A stretch of 64,000 nt of DNA from a phage, in the NCBI GenBank assembly GCA_016389475.1, contig GCA_016389475.1_3042.1. One strand, written 5' to 3'. The position numbers were made by a program, and so were the translations under genes. Under the pieces are notes generated by a model. The model made no database searches. It was given only the letters and a program-made list of their open reading frames with translations, and was not told the DNA's origin. Positions 9,527 to 18,913 of the stretch are shown here, in pieces; position 1 is the stretch's first letter; each line of letters opens with the position of its first letter.

Positions 9527-9996
9527 TTTAAACTCTTTCTAAGCTGCTTCTTAAATGAAGCTATTAATTGTGTTTTAGTGTCAGATTCATTATATTCAAA
9601 TCCTCTTTGAAGCATCTCAGCCATCATTTCCTCTTTTCCTAAACGAGAAAATTCCTTTGATTTATCTCCAACAAAGTTAGGGTGAATATTATTTTGGGTG
9701 TAATCGGATTTTAAATAAGTAAGTAAATTTTCTAACCATTCAAGATAATCAACACCTTGCCCCTTTAAGCCAGAACGATTAAATTTATGCTTCATTTGAC
9801 CTTCTGCGGCATTGCAGAGATTACAAAGCAATCCACGCACCTTTCCTGCTTTTGGTCCATTTAATTCATGGTCATGATCAAGATGATTAGCTTGAACATC
9901 AGGATTTAGTTCTCGTTGGCAAATTAAGCATTTACCATTTTGTGCATCATAAAATTTCTGTTTTTCTTCTTTGTATAATTTGCCAGTCAATAACAT
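9523..9996 (-). CDS. 49: endonuclease VII (Holliday-junction resolvase)
   Basis: 157 aa; Cys/His zinc-binding motifs CLICQ...HLDHDHE...CNLCN; position after nrdD as in T4. Confidence 0.85.
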   Translation of the reverse strand: MLLTGKLYKEEKQKFYDAQNGKCLICQRELNPDVQANHLDHDHELNGPKAGKVRGLLCNLCNAAEGQMKHKFNRSGLKGQGVDYLEWLENLLTYLKSDYTQNNIHPNFVGDKSKEFSRLGKEEMMAEMLQRGFEYNESDTKTQLIASFKKQLRKSLK

Positions 9997-10037
9997 AATA
10001 AACCCTTACCTTAAATAGATAAGGGTATTTATTATTT

Positions 10038-10214
10038 TCAAGTATTGTAAAAGGCTCGATGCAATCGCTTATATTGTCGAATCATCTTTTTAGTAGGACG
10101 AGAATAAGTTCCTACACAAGTGGTCATATTAGGGTCGGTAGGACTTCCTTTAATAAAAAGTTTCCAAACCTTACCGCCATTTAACTTTTCAGTATAAATC
10201 AATTCAGTTTTCAT
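10038..10214 (-). CDS. hypothetical small protein (58 aa, below the track threshold)
   Basis: ATG overlaps upstream stop (TAATG); MKTELIYTEKLNGGKVWKLFIKGSP... Confidence 0.35.
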   Translation of the reverse strand: MKTELIYTEKLNGGKVWKLFIKGSPTDPNMTTCVGTYSRPTKKMIRQYKRLHRAFYNT

Positions 10215-10660
10215 TAAAACGCTCGGTCAGAAAAAGAAATTTGAGTTTCAAGCCATTCAATATATTCTGCCGCGGCTTGCATTAAATTTCCTTCGTAATC
10301 ATCAATATCTTTTTTCAACGCCGATTTAGATAATGCATATGAAATGCGTTCACCCTGAAATCCAGCTTTAGGTTTATGAAGAACTTGATCAATTCGTTCT
10401 ACAACTTCTTCAATTTCGCCATTTTCTGCGGATTCAGTATTCCACAAGCACCAATACGTAATTGGCTTATCGTAGATGTTAATAATCTTTCCATCAGAAA
10501 GTTCAATTTCAATAATTCCAGTATCAGGTTCTATATCATCTTCGCATTCTTTTGCAAGTTCACGAACTTTAAAGACAGTACCTGCACTAAGTTCCGGCCA
10601 GTAATTACACAGCCCTTTATCAGCACGATTAATTCTAAACCACTTATCTACTGCAATCAT
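10214..10660 (-). CDS. hypothetical acidic protein (148 aa)
   Basis: Track start 10678 is TTG; first ATG at 10660. Confidence 0.5.
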   Translation of the reverse strand: MIAVDKWFRINRADKGLCNYWPELSAGTVFKVRELAKECEDDIEPDTGIIEIELSDGKIINIYDKPITYWCLWNTESAENGEIEEVVERIDQVLHKPKAGFQGERISYALSKSALKKDIDDYEGNLMQAAAEYIEWLETQISFSDRAF

Positions 10661-10783
10661 ATCCCATCTCCATATCAATTAAGTCATTTATCGTCGGTTC
10701 ATTATATATTGTTTCTTCATCAGTGTAAACCGGTTCTTCCGGCTCTGGCTCTGCAGTTTCCCATCTAGCCGCCCACCAAGGTT

Positions 10784-11104
10784 TTATAGCGTAATCCATT
10801 CTCGTACTATCTGAGTTACTACACGTTCACGGGGCTCGACTAGTTCAACAGTCGGAACTGCATAATACCAGTCAGAATGATAAGAACCTGACCGAGATTC
10901 ATTTACCGCTACATGTACATTATGTTTTGGACTAAAGTAAACACACTGACGATATTGACATTTACCATCTTGCACCCAGTCTTCTATTTCGACAGGTTTA
11001 AGATAATCGGAAAAATCGAAATCATAGTTTTCCGAAAATGCATCATGGTCTTCAATGATTTCGCTCAGAACTGCATCAACATCTAATTTATTTTCAATAG
11101 TCAT
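10784..11104 (-). CDS. hypothetical protein (106 aa)
   Basis: ATG start. Confidence 0.5.
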   Translation of the reverse strand: MTIENKLDVDAVLSEIIEDHDAFSENYDFDFSDYLKPVEIEDWVQDGKCQYRQCVYFSPKHNVHVAVNESRSGSYHSDWYYAVPTVELVEPRERVVTQIVREWITL

Positions 11105-11114
11105 TTTTCACCAA

Positions 11115-11285
11115 TTAATTTCGCAATTTATTAAGTTCTTCATCATCAATCCAGGATTCTAGTCCTGATGGCAGGTCACATTCAATTTCCCAAAGAAGTT
11201 CTTCAATTTTCTGAAGACGATCTAATTCTTCGGCTGGAATAGTAACCATTGACGGAGCTCGTGATACATTAATATCGTAAATCAT
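11115..11285 (-). CDS. hypothetical small protein (56 aa)
   Basis: Track start is GTG; ATG at 11285 lies just after the upstream stop. Confidence 0.35.
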   Translation of the reverse strand: MIYDINVSRAPSMVTIPAEELDRLQKIEELLWEIECDLPSGLESWIDDEELNKLRN

Positions 11286-11287
11286 AT

Positions 11288-11503
11288 TTACCCCAGTTTG
11301 ACCATGCAATCGCCGTATTTCCACTTAGAAATAGACTTTTCACCATTAGAATAATAAACTTCGAGTTTAGCACGATTATTTTTAATTTGAATAACCTTGG
11401 CTGTCATCAAAGTTCCATACCCATAATAAACTGCAACCTCATCACCTACATATACCGCGCTTCCGCGGTAGTCATGGATATAATCGGTTCCTTCGAGCAT
11501 CAT
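11288..11503 (-). CDS. hypothetical protein (71 aa)
   Basis: ATG overlaps the nrdC stop (ATGA). Confidence 0.45.
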   Translation of the reverse strand: MMLEGTDYIHDYRGSAVYVGDEVAVYYGYGTLMTAKVIQIKNNRAKLEVYYSNGEKSISKWKYGDCMVKLG

Positions 11504-11763
11504 TTAAAGTATTCCCGCAATTGGTCAAATCCACCAATATGACTTCCATCTGGAGCGAATACCTGCGGCATTGTCAATCCAATTTGAGTATCACGACCTA
11601 GTTTAGTCAGAAGCTCAGCGATTTTCTCATCATCAAAAACACCTTTTTCCGGCATAATGTTGATAAATTCAAACGGCTGTTTCTTCACGGTCAAAAGACG
11701 TTTTGCATTATCGCAATACACACATTTATGAATGTTGCTATCATAACCATATACTTTAAACAT
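11500..11763 (-). CDS. nrdC: thioredoxin/glutaredoxin
   Basis: 87 aa; CVYC redox motif after MFKVYGYD beta-strand. Confidence 0.8.
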   Translation of the reverse strand: MFKVYGYDSNIHKCVYCDNAKRLLTVKKQPFEFINIMPEKGVFDDEKIAELLTKLGRDTQIGLTMPQVFAPDGSHIGGFDQLREYFK

Positions 11764-11764
11764 A

Positions 11765-12007
11765 TTATTCCTTAATTCCTAATACTTGTTTAAAAGTCTC
11801 GTCGTAATCAAGACTTTGGCCCGTTTGTTCTTTATGTTTGTATATAATATCACTTACTTCTGATAGCATATTTTTATATGAACGAGTTAAAGCAGATTTA
11901 AGCACGCTGTATCTATCAGGAAATTTACCATGTTCATTATAATAAGCTATTGCTAATTCACGGACTGCCTTTTCAGCAGCCTCCATATATTCTTTACGCT
12001 TGGTCAT
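11765..12007 (-). CDS. hypothetical protein (80 aa)
   Basis: ATG start. Confidence 0.5.
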   Translation of the reverse strand: MTKRKEYMEAAEKAVRELAIAYYNEHGKFPDRYSVLKSALTRSYKNMLSEVSDIIYKHKEQTGQSLDYDETFKQVLGIKE

Positions 12008-12009
12008 TT

Positions 12010-12399
12010 TTAATCCAAAATATTATTAGGCATTGGTTGAACACTCACAAGTTCTTTAAAGAACTCAGTAGAGTCAGGCAATTTAACCATTTCCGGAGCA
12101 TGCTTACTGAATTTATGTTTACATTGACGGCATTTATATTCAAGCTCTGGTTTACGCCAGTTAATCAATTGAACTTGTTCAGTACCGCATTCAGGGCAAT
12201 TAGGAACGTTTTTAGAAGCTCTTTCACGTCGTTCAACCATAGCCATAATAGCATCCCATGCTGGAGGTTTAAAATCTAAATCGTCGCAGCCGTGAATCTT
12301 TCCACGCATTTCCATATCATCTTCCTCACCAGCCATAATAATTTTAATTAAACTGGAATTACTTGAAGCTGCAATGTCTTCTAATAAACGCTTTTTCAT
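12010..12399 (-). CDS. hypothetical zinc-ribbon protein (129 aa)
   Basis: CPEC...CRQC four-cysteine ribbon. Confidence 0.55.
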   Translation of the reverse strand: MKKRLLEDIAASSNSSLIKIIMAGEEDDMEMRGKIHGCDDLDFKPPAWDAIMAMVERRERASKNVPNCPECGTEQVQLINWRKPELEYKCRQCKHKFSKHAPEMVKLPDSTEFFKELVSVQPMPNNILD

Positions 12400-13322
12400 T
12401 TCAATACCTCAATAGCATTACGTAAACCATTTGCTTTGGCGGTTAAAGCCTTAAGAACTTTAGTATGCTCTTCAATTTGTTTTTCAACTTCAGTCAAACG
12501 GACATTGAGATATTCACGTTCTTCTTTCATAGTATCATTTCCATGATTGGATTTTGGTATAGGTTTAAATTCACTAGGGTCCTTTAATTTAATAACAAAT
12601 TTAGTTTCAAACAGTGAAAGACCATAATTCGTATTATCATCAAAGGATTTGACTACATCCATATCAGATAATAACACGCGCAAATTATAAGCCAAAGAAC
12701 TAATAGTTTCATTGTGTTTATTAGCTTCGCGTGGTTTCATATACGGAAGATTTTTATATATCTCATGCGGAGCGCAAACGATAATTGACAATTCAAATTG
12801 TCCATTCTGGGACGATGGAATGAATTTAGCCGTAACCCAGTCTTTTACATTCACATTAATAGTACGGTTATCACCATGACAAAACAGTCTACGAGAATGC
12901 TTAAAAAGCATATTCACGTTATTATTGAATTCGTGTGAAAATTCACTAGCAAATTTTTCTTTACTATCTTTAGAAAACCATTCTTCTAAATAAGTTCTTT
13001 TCACGTCGTTAATAATATTAAATGTAACAACACTAGCATTTGATACATTAGTCTTAATGTAGCTTGGATACATAAATTTTTTAACATTATTAACAGCTAT
13101 CACAGAAGATAGTAATCGGGAACGTTTGAACCACTCGAGCAAAGAACCAAGAGAATGTGAATACGCATTTTGTGTATCTTTACAAATATGGTTTTCCCAT
13201 CCAATATAGTCTAAAAAATCACGAAGAATATTATTGATTACTGCTCTGTGTCCGATTTGATAATTACGGTGTTTAGTAATAAGACTGTCAAAATAATCAA
13301 TATAATGTTTACGAGTTTTCAT
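12396..13322 (-). CDS. hypothetical protein with C-terminal coiled coil (308 aa), first of four tandem similar-architecture proteins
   Basis: N-terminus MKTRKHY...; C-terminal heptad segment [31 protein letters not shown]. Confidence 0.6.
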   Translation of the reverse strand: MKTRKHYIDYFDSLITKHRNYQIGHRAVINNILRDFLDYIGWENHICKDTQNAYSHSLGSLLEWFKRSRLLSSVIAVNNVKKFMYPSYIKTNVSNASVVTFNIINDVKRTYLEEWFSKDSKEKFASEFSHEFNNNVNMLFKHSRRLFCHGDNRTINVNVKDWVTAKFIPSSQNGQFELSIIVCAPHEIYKNLPYMKPREANKHNETISSLAYNLRVLLSDMDVVKSFDDNTNYGLSLFETKFVIKLKDPSEFKPIPKSNHGNDTMKEEREYLNVRLTEVEKQIEEHTKVLKALTAKANGLRNAIEVLK

Positions 13323-13373
13323 GTTCTTCTCACTTGTTAATGATTTATACTCCGAGCCATCCTTGGCTTTAAA

Positions 13374-14375
13374 TTACTTAATTAACTGTAAAGCTTGTTC
13401 AAGACGATCCAAGCGATTAACAGATTCTTCCCAAATCTTTTTAGCCTTCTCATATTCTTTCTGCGCTTTATTAGAAATTTCTAGAACTTCTTTATAAGCT
13501 TTTTCTAGTGCAACAACTTCTGGACGAATTTCTACCGGTTCAAGTGAATCGTCAAGATTATCCATTAGTTCCTCAAGGGTAGTTTCTTCTTTAGGAGTAT
13601 TCACAATTTCTTCGCATTTTTGTTGGTAAATTTCTTTATCAGTTAGTGAATAAGCACATTTCACTTCACGAAGACTAATTACAATTTTATATCCTTCCCA
13701 ACCACCAATATTTTTGAAAGGATATGTATGAATACTTTTTACAGTTTCCATACAATCCAAAGCCGTCTCTAATTGATGAGTTATAGTGCTAGCAATTGAG
13801 AAAAATTTATTAATATTCTTTTGGTTAGCTTCTGGTGTAAAAAATTCATAATTCACAAAAATAGCTACTTTATTTTTATCAAGCTCATATTCTTTTACGA
13901 TAATCATATCAGAAGCCAAAGGATGAATTTGACGATAATCGCCATAACATAATTTAGAAGCTGATTTTAGAATTTGTCCTTTAAAAAGTCTGAAATTACT
14001 AATCCAACGACGAGTAAAAATATTCTTAGGGTCTTCTTTGATATTAAGATGATAAGAATTAACATCACCGAACCAATTGTATCCTATTACACCTTTAGTT
14101 CGTTTAATTTCTTTCCCAAAATTACCAAGAATATCCCGATTAACTAAATATGAAAGAAGACGAGACCCTTTAAAGATTATCTTAATATCATCTTTATCTA
14201 CACGGCTAGAAATTTCACGAACTTCATGAATAAATTTACTGGAAGAAACAATACTTGCATCAATACTGCTGAGCCATTGATTGATAATAGAAAGAACAGC
14301 ATTCTGACTAGACATGGGTTTAACTTTATCATCAATAACCCTATTGAATGATTTGATATATTCGTTACGAGTCAT
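13374..14375 (-). CDS. hypothetical protein with C-terminal coiled coil (333 aa)
   Basis: Shortened to ATG 14375 (MTRNEYIKSF...) because early promoter 14404-14433 and GAGGAG lie inside the longer track ORF. Confidence 0.6.
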   Translation of the reverse strand: MTRNEYIKSFNRVIDDKVKPMSSQNAVLSIINQWLSSIDASIVSSSKFIHEVREISSRVDKDDIKIIFKGSRLLSYLVNRDILGNFGKEIKRTKGVIGYNWFGDVNSYHLNIKEDPKNIFTRRWISNFRLFKGQILKSASKLCYGDYRQIHPLASDMIIVKEYELDKNKVAIFVNYEFFTPEANQKNINKFFSIASTITHQLETALDCMETVKSIHTYPFKNIGGWEGYKIVISLREVKCAYSLTDKEIYQQKCEEIVNTPKEETTLEELMDNLDDSLEPVEIRPEVVALEKAYKEVLEISNKAQKEYEKAKKIWEESVNRLDRLEQALQLIK

Positions 14376-14403
14376 ATTAATCTCCTCAGTAGAAAGTAAG
14401 AAC

Positions 14404-14433
14404 ATTATACCACATCCTTGTGGCAAAGTAAAC
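14404..14433 (-). promoter_or_regulatory. early (sigma70-type) promoter
   Basis: Minus strand GTTTAC (14433-14428), 18-nt spacer, TATAAT (14409-14404); conserved leader then GAGGAG and ATG 14375. Confidence 0.55.
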
Positions 14434-15452
14434 TAGTTCAGTGCATTTAATGCACTGTTCAGTTTAGAACGTTGCTTTGTCAGATTTTGAACCCTTGACT
14501 GAGCTTGTTCTAACGCCTTTTCAGCTTCTAGCACTTCATTGGTCGCTTTAACGAGTTCATCATCTACTGCCTTGATAGACTTCTCAATCGCATCCGCGTG
14601 CCATTTTTCAACAGGTTTAAGACTCGGATTTTCAACAGGAAGAAAATTCACTTTATTGAATTTCCATGCATCATTATTACCTGAACTATACATCCAAAAT
14701 TTAGGATCGTTTGATAAGTAATTGGATAAATTTAAGTTATCTTGTACTTCCTGCTTTTTCTCTTGCGGGACTTCGTCCTTTCTCAAAAAATCGTATTTAA
14801 ATGAAACGATCATATCAAGTTCATATGATGTTGTATCTAACTTAAATCGTTCAAAACGAGGTAAAATCTTAGACTGAACAGCGGCAACAACATCCATATA
14901 CTTAAATGCTTCTGTCAACTGTGATTTAAGGCATTCACAAATTGAAAGAGAATTTTTTGTATTAGGTTTAAAGCTAATTCGTGCAGTTCTATTATTTTCT
15001 TTTAATGGTCTTACTTCCATCTGAAGAGTATAACCATCAAATTTCAGGTTCTTTAAGTTATTGTCAGAACCTTTTAATCGACTAGCTGTCGACAAAATTT
15101 GCTTTAACTGTTTACGGAATAGAGCAATAAATCTCCATTCAATACGATAATGATTGGGATTGAAAAATCCAGATGATAAATCAACCTTACTCTGACCAAC
15201 ACCTTGAACAAATAGAGGATTTTTATAATCAATAGTTTTACAGAAATCGGTGAGCTGCTCACGAGCAGTCATTTGTGTAATATATCCCGCTTTACTAAAA
15301 TGACGTAACCATTCACTGCTATTCATATACTTAAAGTGAATGGAACTATTAACTCTATCAGGGTCTAAATTATTTTGGCACAAAAATGTCATAACATCAC
15401 GAGTATAGCTGGCATTACGAACCATATCTTCAATTTGAGAACGAGTTTTCAT
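14433..15452 (-). CDS. hypothetical protein with C-terminal coiled coil (339 aa)
   Basis: N-terminus MKTRSQIEDM...; C-terminal EVLEAEKALEQAQSRVQNLTKQRSKLNSALNALN. Confidence 0.6.
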   Translation of the reverse strand: MKTRSQIEDMVRNASYTRDVMTFLCQNNLDPDRVNSSIHFKYMNSSEWLRHFSKAGYITQMTAREQLTDFCKTIDYKNPLFVQGVGQSKVDLSSGFFNPNHYRIEWRFIALFRKQLKQILSTASRLKGSDNNLKNLKFDGYTLQMEVRPLKENNRTARISFKPNTKNSLSICECLKSQLTEAFKYMDVVAAVQSKILPRFERFKLDTTSYELDMIVSFKYDFLRKDEVPQEKKQEVQDNLNLSNYLSNDPKFWMYSSGNNDAWKFNKVNFLPVENPSLKPVEKWHADAIEKSIKAVDDELVKATNEVLEAEKALEQAQSRVQNLTKQRSKLNSALNALN

Positions 15453-15460
15453 AGTGTTCC

Positions 15461-16348
15461 TTAAGATTTAAGTAAATCAACAATTTTAATTAACTTTTCA
15501 CGCTCAGATTTAGCTTTACTACTCAATCCAGATAGTCTAAAGATTTCATCGTCATATTGTTGAATAGAAATATTCAGCTCTTCAATTTGCTTATTAAAAT
15601 AATCAATTTGCTCAGAATGTTTTTCGTTACTACGAACTGGTACAGGTTTTGTAGGCAATTTAGTTGAACTGGATTCATCCGGGCGATAAATTAAAATACA
15701 ACTTGAACCAATTGGACATTTTGCACCAGATGAATATTCTAATGTTCCAGATTCTTTTAAAACTTCAAAAGCTAAACAGAGATGATGACCCATATTGACA
15801 TAATCAGTAGAGCAAGCTCTGATGTAATAATCATCTCCACGAGTACTAAATTTAAAGCATTTAAGGTCTTCTGTATTATTGGTCTTAAAAATCATTTGTT
15901 TATCTAGACCTTTAGCTAATCGAGCGCCTAATGCTAATAATCGTCGTTGATTTTCCCACAAATCTGCAATCATTTGGTCAAATGATAATTTTGGCATTAG
16001 TCGACCATAAAGGTCATATCCTTTATTATAATTACGAAGAATTTCACTCGCATTAATACGAGACAATGCTCCAATTTTATTAAGGGCTTTCATGATGCGA
16101 TTAGATAAACTCATTCCAGATCCGTTTGTTCGCTGTAAATGTTTTTCTAATCCAAATCCAATATCAACTTTAAATTTATCTAAAATTTCAGCATGAACAT
16201 CTCTGTCAATAACATTCAAATCCAAAGTTGGGTTAAATCTATGAAAAAATTTATCTGGCTCTCCACGACGAAGTACAGTCCATTCATTCAATTTTTTATT
16301 AACTAAAGATTTAATTACTGTATTGACATTATTAATTACTACTGACAT
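15461..16348 (-). CDS. hypothetical protein with C-terminal coiled coil (295 aa)
   Basis: Track start is GTG; ATG at 16348 with GAGGAA upstream. Confidence 0.6.
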   Translation of the reverse strand: MSVVINNVNTVIKSLVNKKLNEWTVLRRGEPDKFFHRFNPTLDLNVIDRDVHAEILDKFKVDIGFGLEKHLQRTNGSGMSLSNRIMKALNKIGALSRINASEILRNYNKGYDLYGRLMPKLSFDQMIADLWENQRRLLALGARLAKGLDKQMIFKTNNTEDLKCFKFSTRGDDYYIRACSTDYVNMGHHLCLAFEVLKESGTLEYSSGAKCPIGSSCILIYRPDESSSTKLPTKPVPVRSNEKHSEQIDYFNKQIEELNISIQQYDDEIFRLSGLSSKAKSEREKLIKIVDLLKS

Positions 16349-16355
16349 ATTTTCC

Positions 16356-16763
16356 TCACTCAATTTCAATTTTACTAAATACACAGAATATGATGGAAAA
16401 GACTATATAAGCACCGCATACAGATTGAACTAATACCATTCCAAAGAACCAAACGATATTATCAAACAATGTCTGTTTTACGTCGAAAGGACGTAAACTT
16501 ACAGTAATATTATCACCTTTTTCTATTGAAGAATACATCTCTGGGGAAATATATTCACTAAATCTATAACCGTCTTTGAGTTCATATACGGCAATAAACG
16601 ATAAACTAGACCCCTTTCCTTGAGTTCCTGTAATGGTATTAACTACAGTAACATCATAATCTTTATAATGCATATAATCATTAATAGCATAATAACCATA
16701 TGCAATTACTATACATAAACAACATATCAATAAATTCAATCTTTTAATTATCAACTGTTTCAT
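16356..16763 (-). CDS. membrane protein (135 aa)
   Basis: Two hydrophobic helices (N-terminal LLICCLCIVIAYGYYAI, C-terminal FFGMVLVQSVCGAYIVFSIIFCVF). Confidence 0.5.
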   Translation of the reverse strand: MKQLIIKRLNLLICCLCIVIAYGYYAINDYMHYKDYDVTVVNTITGTQGKGSSLSFIAVYELKDGYRFSEYISPEMYSSIEKGDNITVSLRPFDVKQTLFDNIVWFFGMVLVQSVCGAYIVFSIIFCVFSKIEIE

Positions 16764-16818
16764 AATAATCTCAATTAAAAGGGCTTAGAACCATTATACC
16801 ATCCTTGGTATAAAGCGG

Positions 16819-17346
16819 TTATGCGAGTACCGTCTTTAACCGTTCTTCAAATTTCCGAAGAGTGTTCTGGCGTTCAGCTCTTTGCTTTTTGTAAGTTTCA
16901 ATACGCTCTGAAATGAGAGTGTATCGTTCATTTACTGATTCTTTCATAAAATCAGGAATTTCACGAGAAGCTTTAATCTCATCAAATTTATCAATAACAG
17001 CTTGCTCTTCAGCAATTAAGTTATCATACATTAAAATATCTTTCTTGATGAACTCAATATCTTCTTGAGTTACACGAGATAATTTAGATGCTTTATCCTT
17101 TTTGTACTGTTCGTTAGTATCACGAGACCAGTGTAATGTACGATTTTTATTCGTATTTTTGTAAATTTCTACAATACCAATTTCATCAATAATAACGATC
17201 CAATTCCAACGGGATTTGTAAATTTGTCCTCCATCAACAGTGATTTCACCTCCGATTGAGATGTCATTAAAGAACTTGCTTTGTGCTTCAGATTTAAATT
17301 TACCGTCGTTATAATTTACCAGGTTGAAAATATCTTTAGCGTTCAT
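16819..17346 (-). CDS. hypothetical protein (175 aa)
   Basis: ATG start downstream of early promoter 17371-17402. Confidence 0.55.
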   Translation of the reverse strand: MNAKDIFNLVNYNDGKFKSEAQSKFFNDISIGGEITVDGGQIYKSRWNWIVIIDEIGIVEIYKNTNKNRTLHWSRDTNEQYKKDKASKLSRVTQEDIEFIKKDILMYDNLIAEEQAVIDKFDEIKASREIPDFMKESVNERYTLISERIETYKKQRAERQNTLRKFEERLKTVLA

Positions 17347-17370
17347 GTTTTACCTCCAGTAGTTGATAGG

Positions 17371-17402
17371 TCTATAATAACATAACCATAGACCTTGTAA
17401 AC
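17371..17402 (-). promoter_or_regulatory. early (sigma70-type) promoter
   Basis: Minus strand GTTTAC (17402-17397), then TTATTATAG; 8-bp inverted repeat aggtctat/atagacct within it; drives ORF 16819-17346. Confidence 0.5.
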
Positions 17403-17404
17403 AA

Positions 17405-17692
17405 CTAAAAGAAACTTTTTTCGGTATTTTTTCCACTGAACCAAACAGACTTCGGGATTTTTTGTAATTTTTCAGATTTAAGTTTCTCTTCCTGTTCTTT
17501 CTTATATACACTCTTGTCGTACTGGAGCATCTCTAGGGCATTCTTTTGCAAACGATCTAAGGTAATTAAGGCTTTAGTTTTTCCTTTCAAGGAAGAGTCC
17601 TGGCGAACTTCCTCGCTATATTGCATCGTAGAACTAACCATACGATGTGCATACAGTTCGACTGCGGCTTTAATTTTTTGCATAAAATCCAT
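17405..17692 (-). CDS. hypothetical charged helical protein (95 aa)
   Basis: ATG with AAGAGGA 6 nt upstream. Confidence 0.5.
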   Translation of the reverse strand: MDFMQKIKAAVELYAHRMVSSTMQYSEEVRQDSSLKGKTKALITLDRLQKNALEMLQYDKSVYKKEQEEKLKSEKLQKIPKSVWFSGKNTEKSFF

Positions 17693-17830
17693 AACATATC
17701 CTCTTTGATTTGTACATCATTATTTTTAAATATTTCTATGCCCTCAGTAGGTTCCTGGTGTCCTTCTTTGAGGTAAGCCATATGATTATTCATCTTTATG
17801 GCTTTTGTTACCTCAGAACTTCCTATAAGC

Positions 17831-18799
17831 TTATTTCAGTAAAGTAACTTCCGAGATTTCTTCCCAACCATCTTTATCAGTTGAAATAAAATCTGCTACA
17901 TAAAGAGCCGTACGTAATGATACATTGCGAAGACGAGATACGTTAGCCTTCATCCAGGACAATGCTTTATACGTTTCTGCATCCGTCAGACCACGTTTCT
18001 GCATCATGTCAGTAGATAATATTACATCTTCAACTCGAACCATAATCTCTTCATTAGAGTGTACTCCAAGGTCGAGATACACTGAACGAGATACTAAAGC
18101 TTGAAGGTGTGGAGCAAGTTTCGAACCCCGTTCTAACTCTTTATCGATATCAACGTTTGTAATGAAAACGATAGTACCTTCAAACTCAAATTCTTTATCA
18201 ATACCCTTATCCTCGAGATAAGATGACGCAGTGCTCCAACAAACTTTGCGTTTATCTCCGGTATCTAATGCTGCTTTAAGAAGGTTCAGGATGTCCATAT
18301 CTGAGAATACGTCAACGTCATCGATTAAGAGAACGCTGTCTTCATCACGGTTGAGCCAAAGTTGTTCGTAAAGGCCAATACCAGAGATTTTACCATTAAT
18401 GCTTTTGTATTTGATGAAACCGTTATCATTAGCATTATTAAGTGCTTTATCCAGAGAATACGTTTTACCAATACCTGCTGCTCCCGAGATAATTAATGAA
18501 CGAATGTTTCCGTTAATAATACCATTCGTCATCATTCCCATAACATTAAATCTTTTATTAATGCGGGTTTTCATATCTTCATACGATTCTTTAACTTCTT
18601 CAACTTTTACACCATCATATGAAATGTCTGATTTGTAAACCCAAACACCGCGACGCTTACCGTCAATTTCAACAAAAACTTTACCATCTCCTTGTGCATC
18701 TACCGGAGCATTATCTGGGAACCATTCACCTAAGAGCTCAAAAGTTCCAGAGATTTCTTTACCGAAGTAGATACCCTTATTGATAGTTACAGTTTTCAT
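17831..18799 (-). CDS. P-loop NTPase (AAA-like) with ~115 aa N-terminal extension
   Basis: Walker A GAAGIGKT and Walker B VLLIDDVD; track start is TTG, ATG at 18799 with GGAG upstream. Confidence 0.65.
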   Translation of the reverse strand: MKTVTINKGIYFGKEISGTFELLGEWFPDNAPVDAQGDGKVFVEIDGKRRGVWVYKSDISYDGVKVEEVKESYEDMKTRINKRFNVMGMMTNGIINGNIRSLIISGAAGIGKTYSLDKALNNANDNGFIKYKSINGKISGIGLYEQLWLNRDEDSVLLIDDVDVFSDMDILNLLKAALDTGDKRKVCWSTASSYLEDKGIDKEFEFEGTIVFITNVDIDKELERGSKLAPHLQALVSRSVYLDLGVHSNEEIMVRVEDVILSTDMMQKRGLTDAETYKALSWMKANVSRLRNVSLRTALYVADFISTDKDGWEEISEVTLLK

Positions 18800-18832
18800 T
18801 TTATTCTCCAAATCCGTATCAGTTGATAGTTG

Positions 18833-18863
18833 TATAGTACCATAAAGCTTTATGCTTGTAAAC
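18833..18863 (-). promoter_or_regulatory. early (sigma70-type) promoter for the P-loop NTPase gene
   Basis: Minus strand GTTTAC (18863-18858), -10 TACTATA (18839-18833); perfect 14-bp palindrome cataaagctttatg (18841-18854) in the spacer. Confidence 0.5.
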
Positions 18864-18893
18864 CGTTTTGTGAAAAATTTTTGAAATAAAAAA

Positions 18894-18911
18894 GGGAGCC
18901 CGAAGGCTCCC
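18894..18911 (-). terminator. intrinsic terminator after the nucleotidyltransferase gene
   Basis: Minus RNA GGGAGCC-UUCG-GGCUCCC followed by UUUUUUAUUUC; 3 nt after the stop. Confidence 0.7.
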
Positions 18912-18913
18912 TA

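Noticed and set aside
14439-14457. 8-bp-stem hairpin cagtgcat-tta-atgcactg at the 3' end of ORF 14433-15452 as a terminator
   Set aside because: Lies inside the coding sequence just before the stop and has no U-run; more likely coincidental or an mRNA-stability element.
17587-17793. 68-aa ORF overlapping the start of ORF 17405-17692
   Set aside because: Weak ribosome-binding context and a 106-nt overlap with a better-supported gene; cannot exclude a short real gene but support is insufficient.
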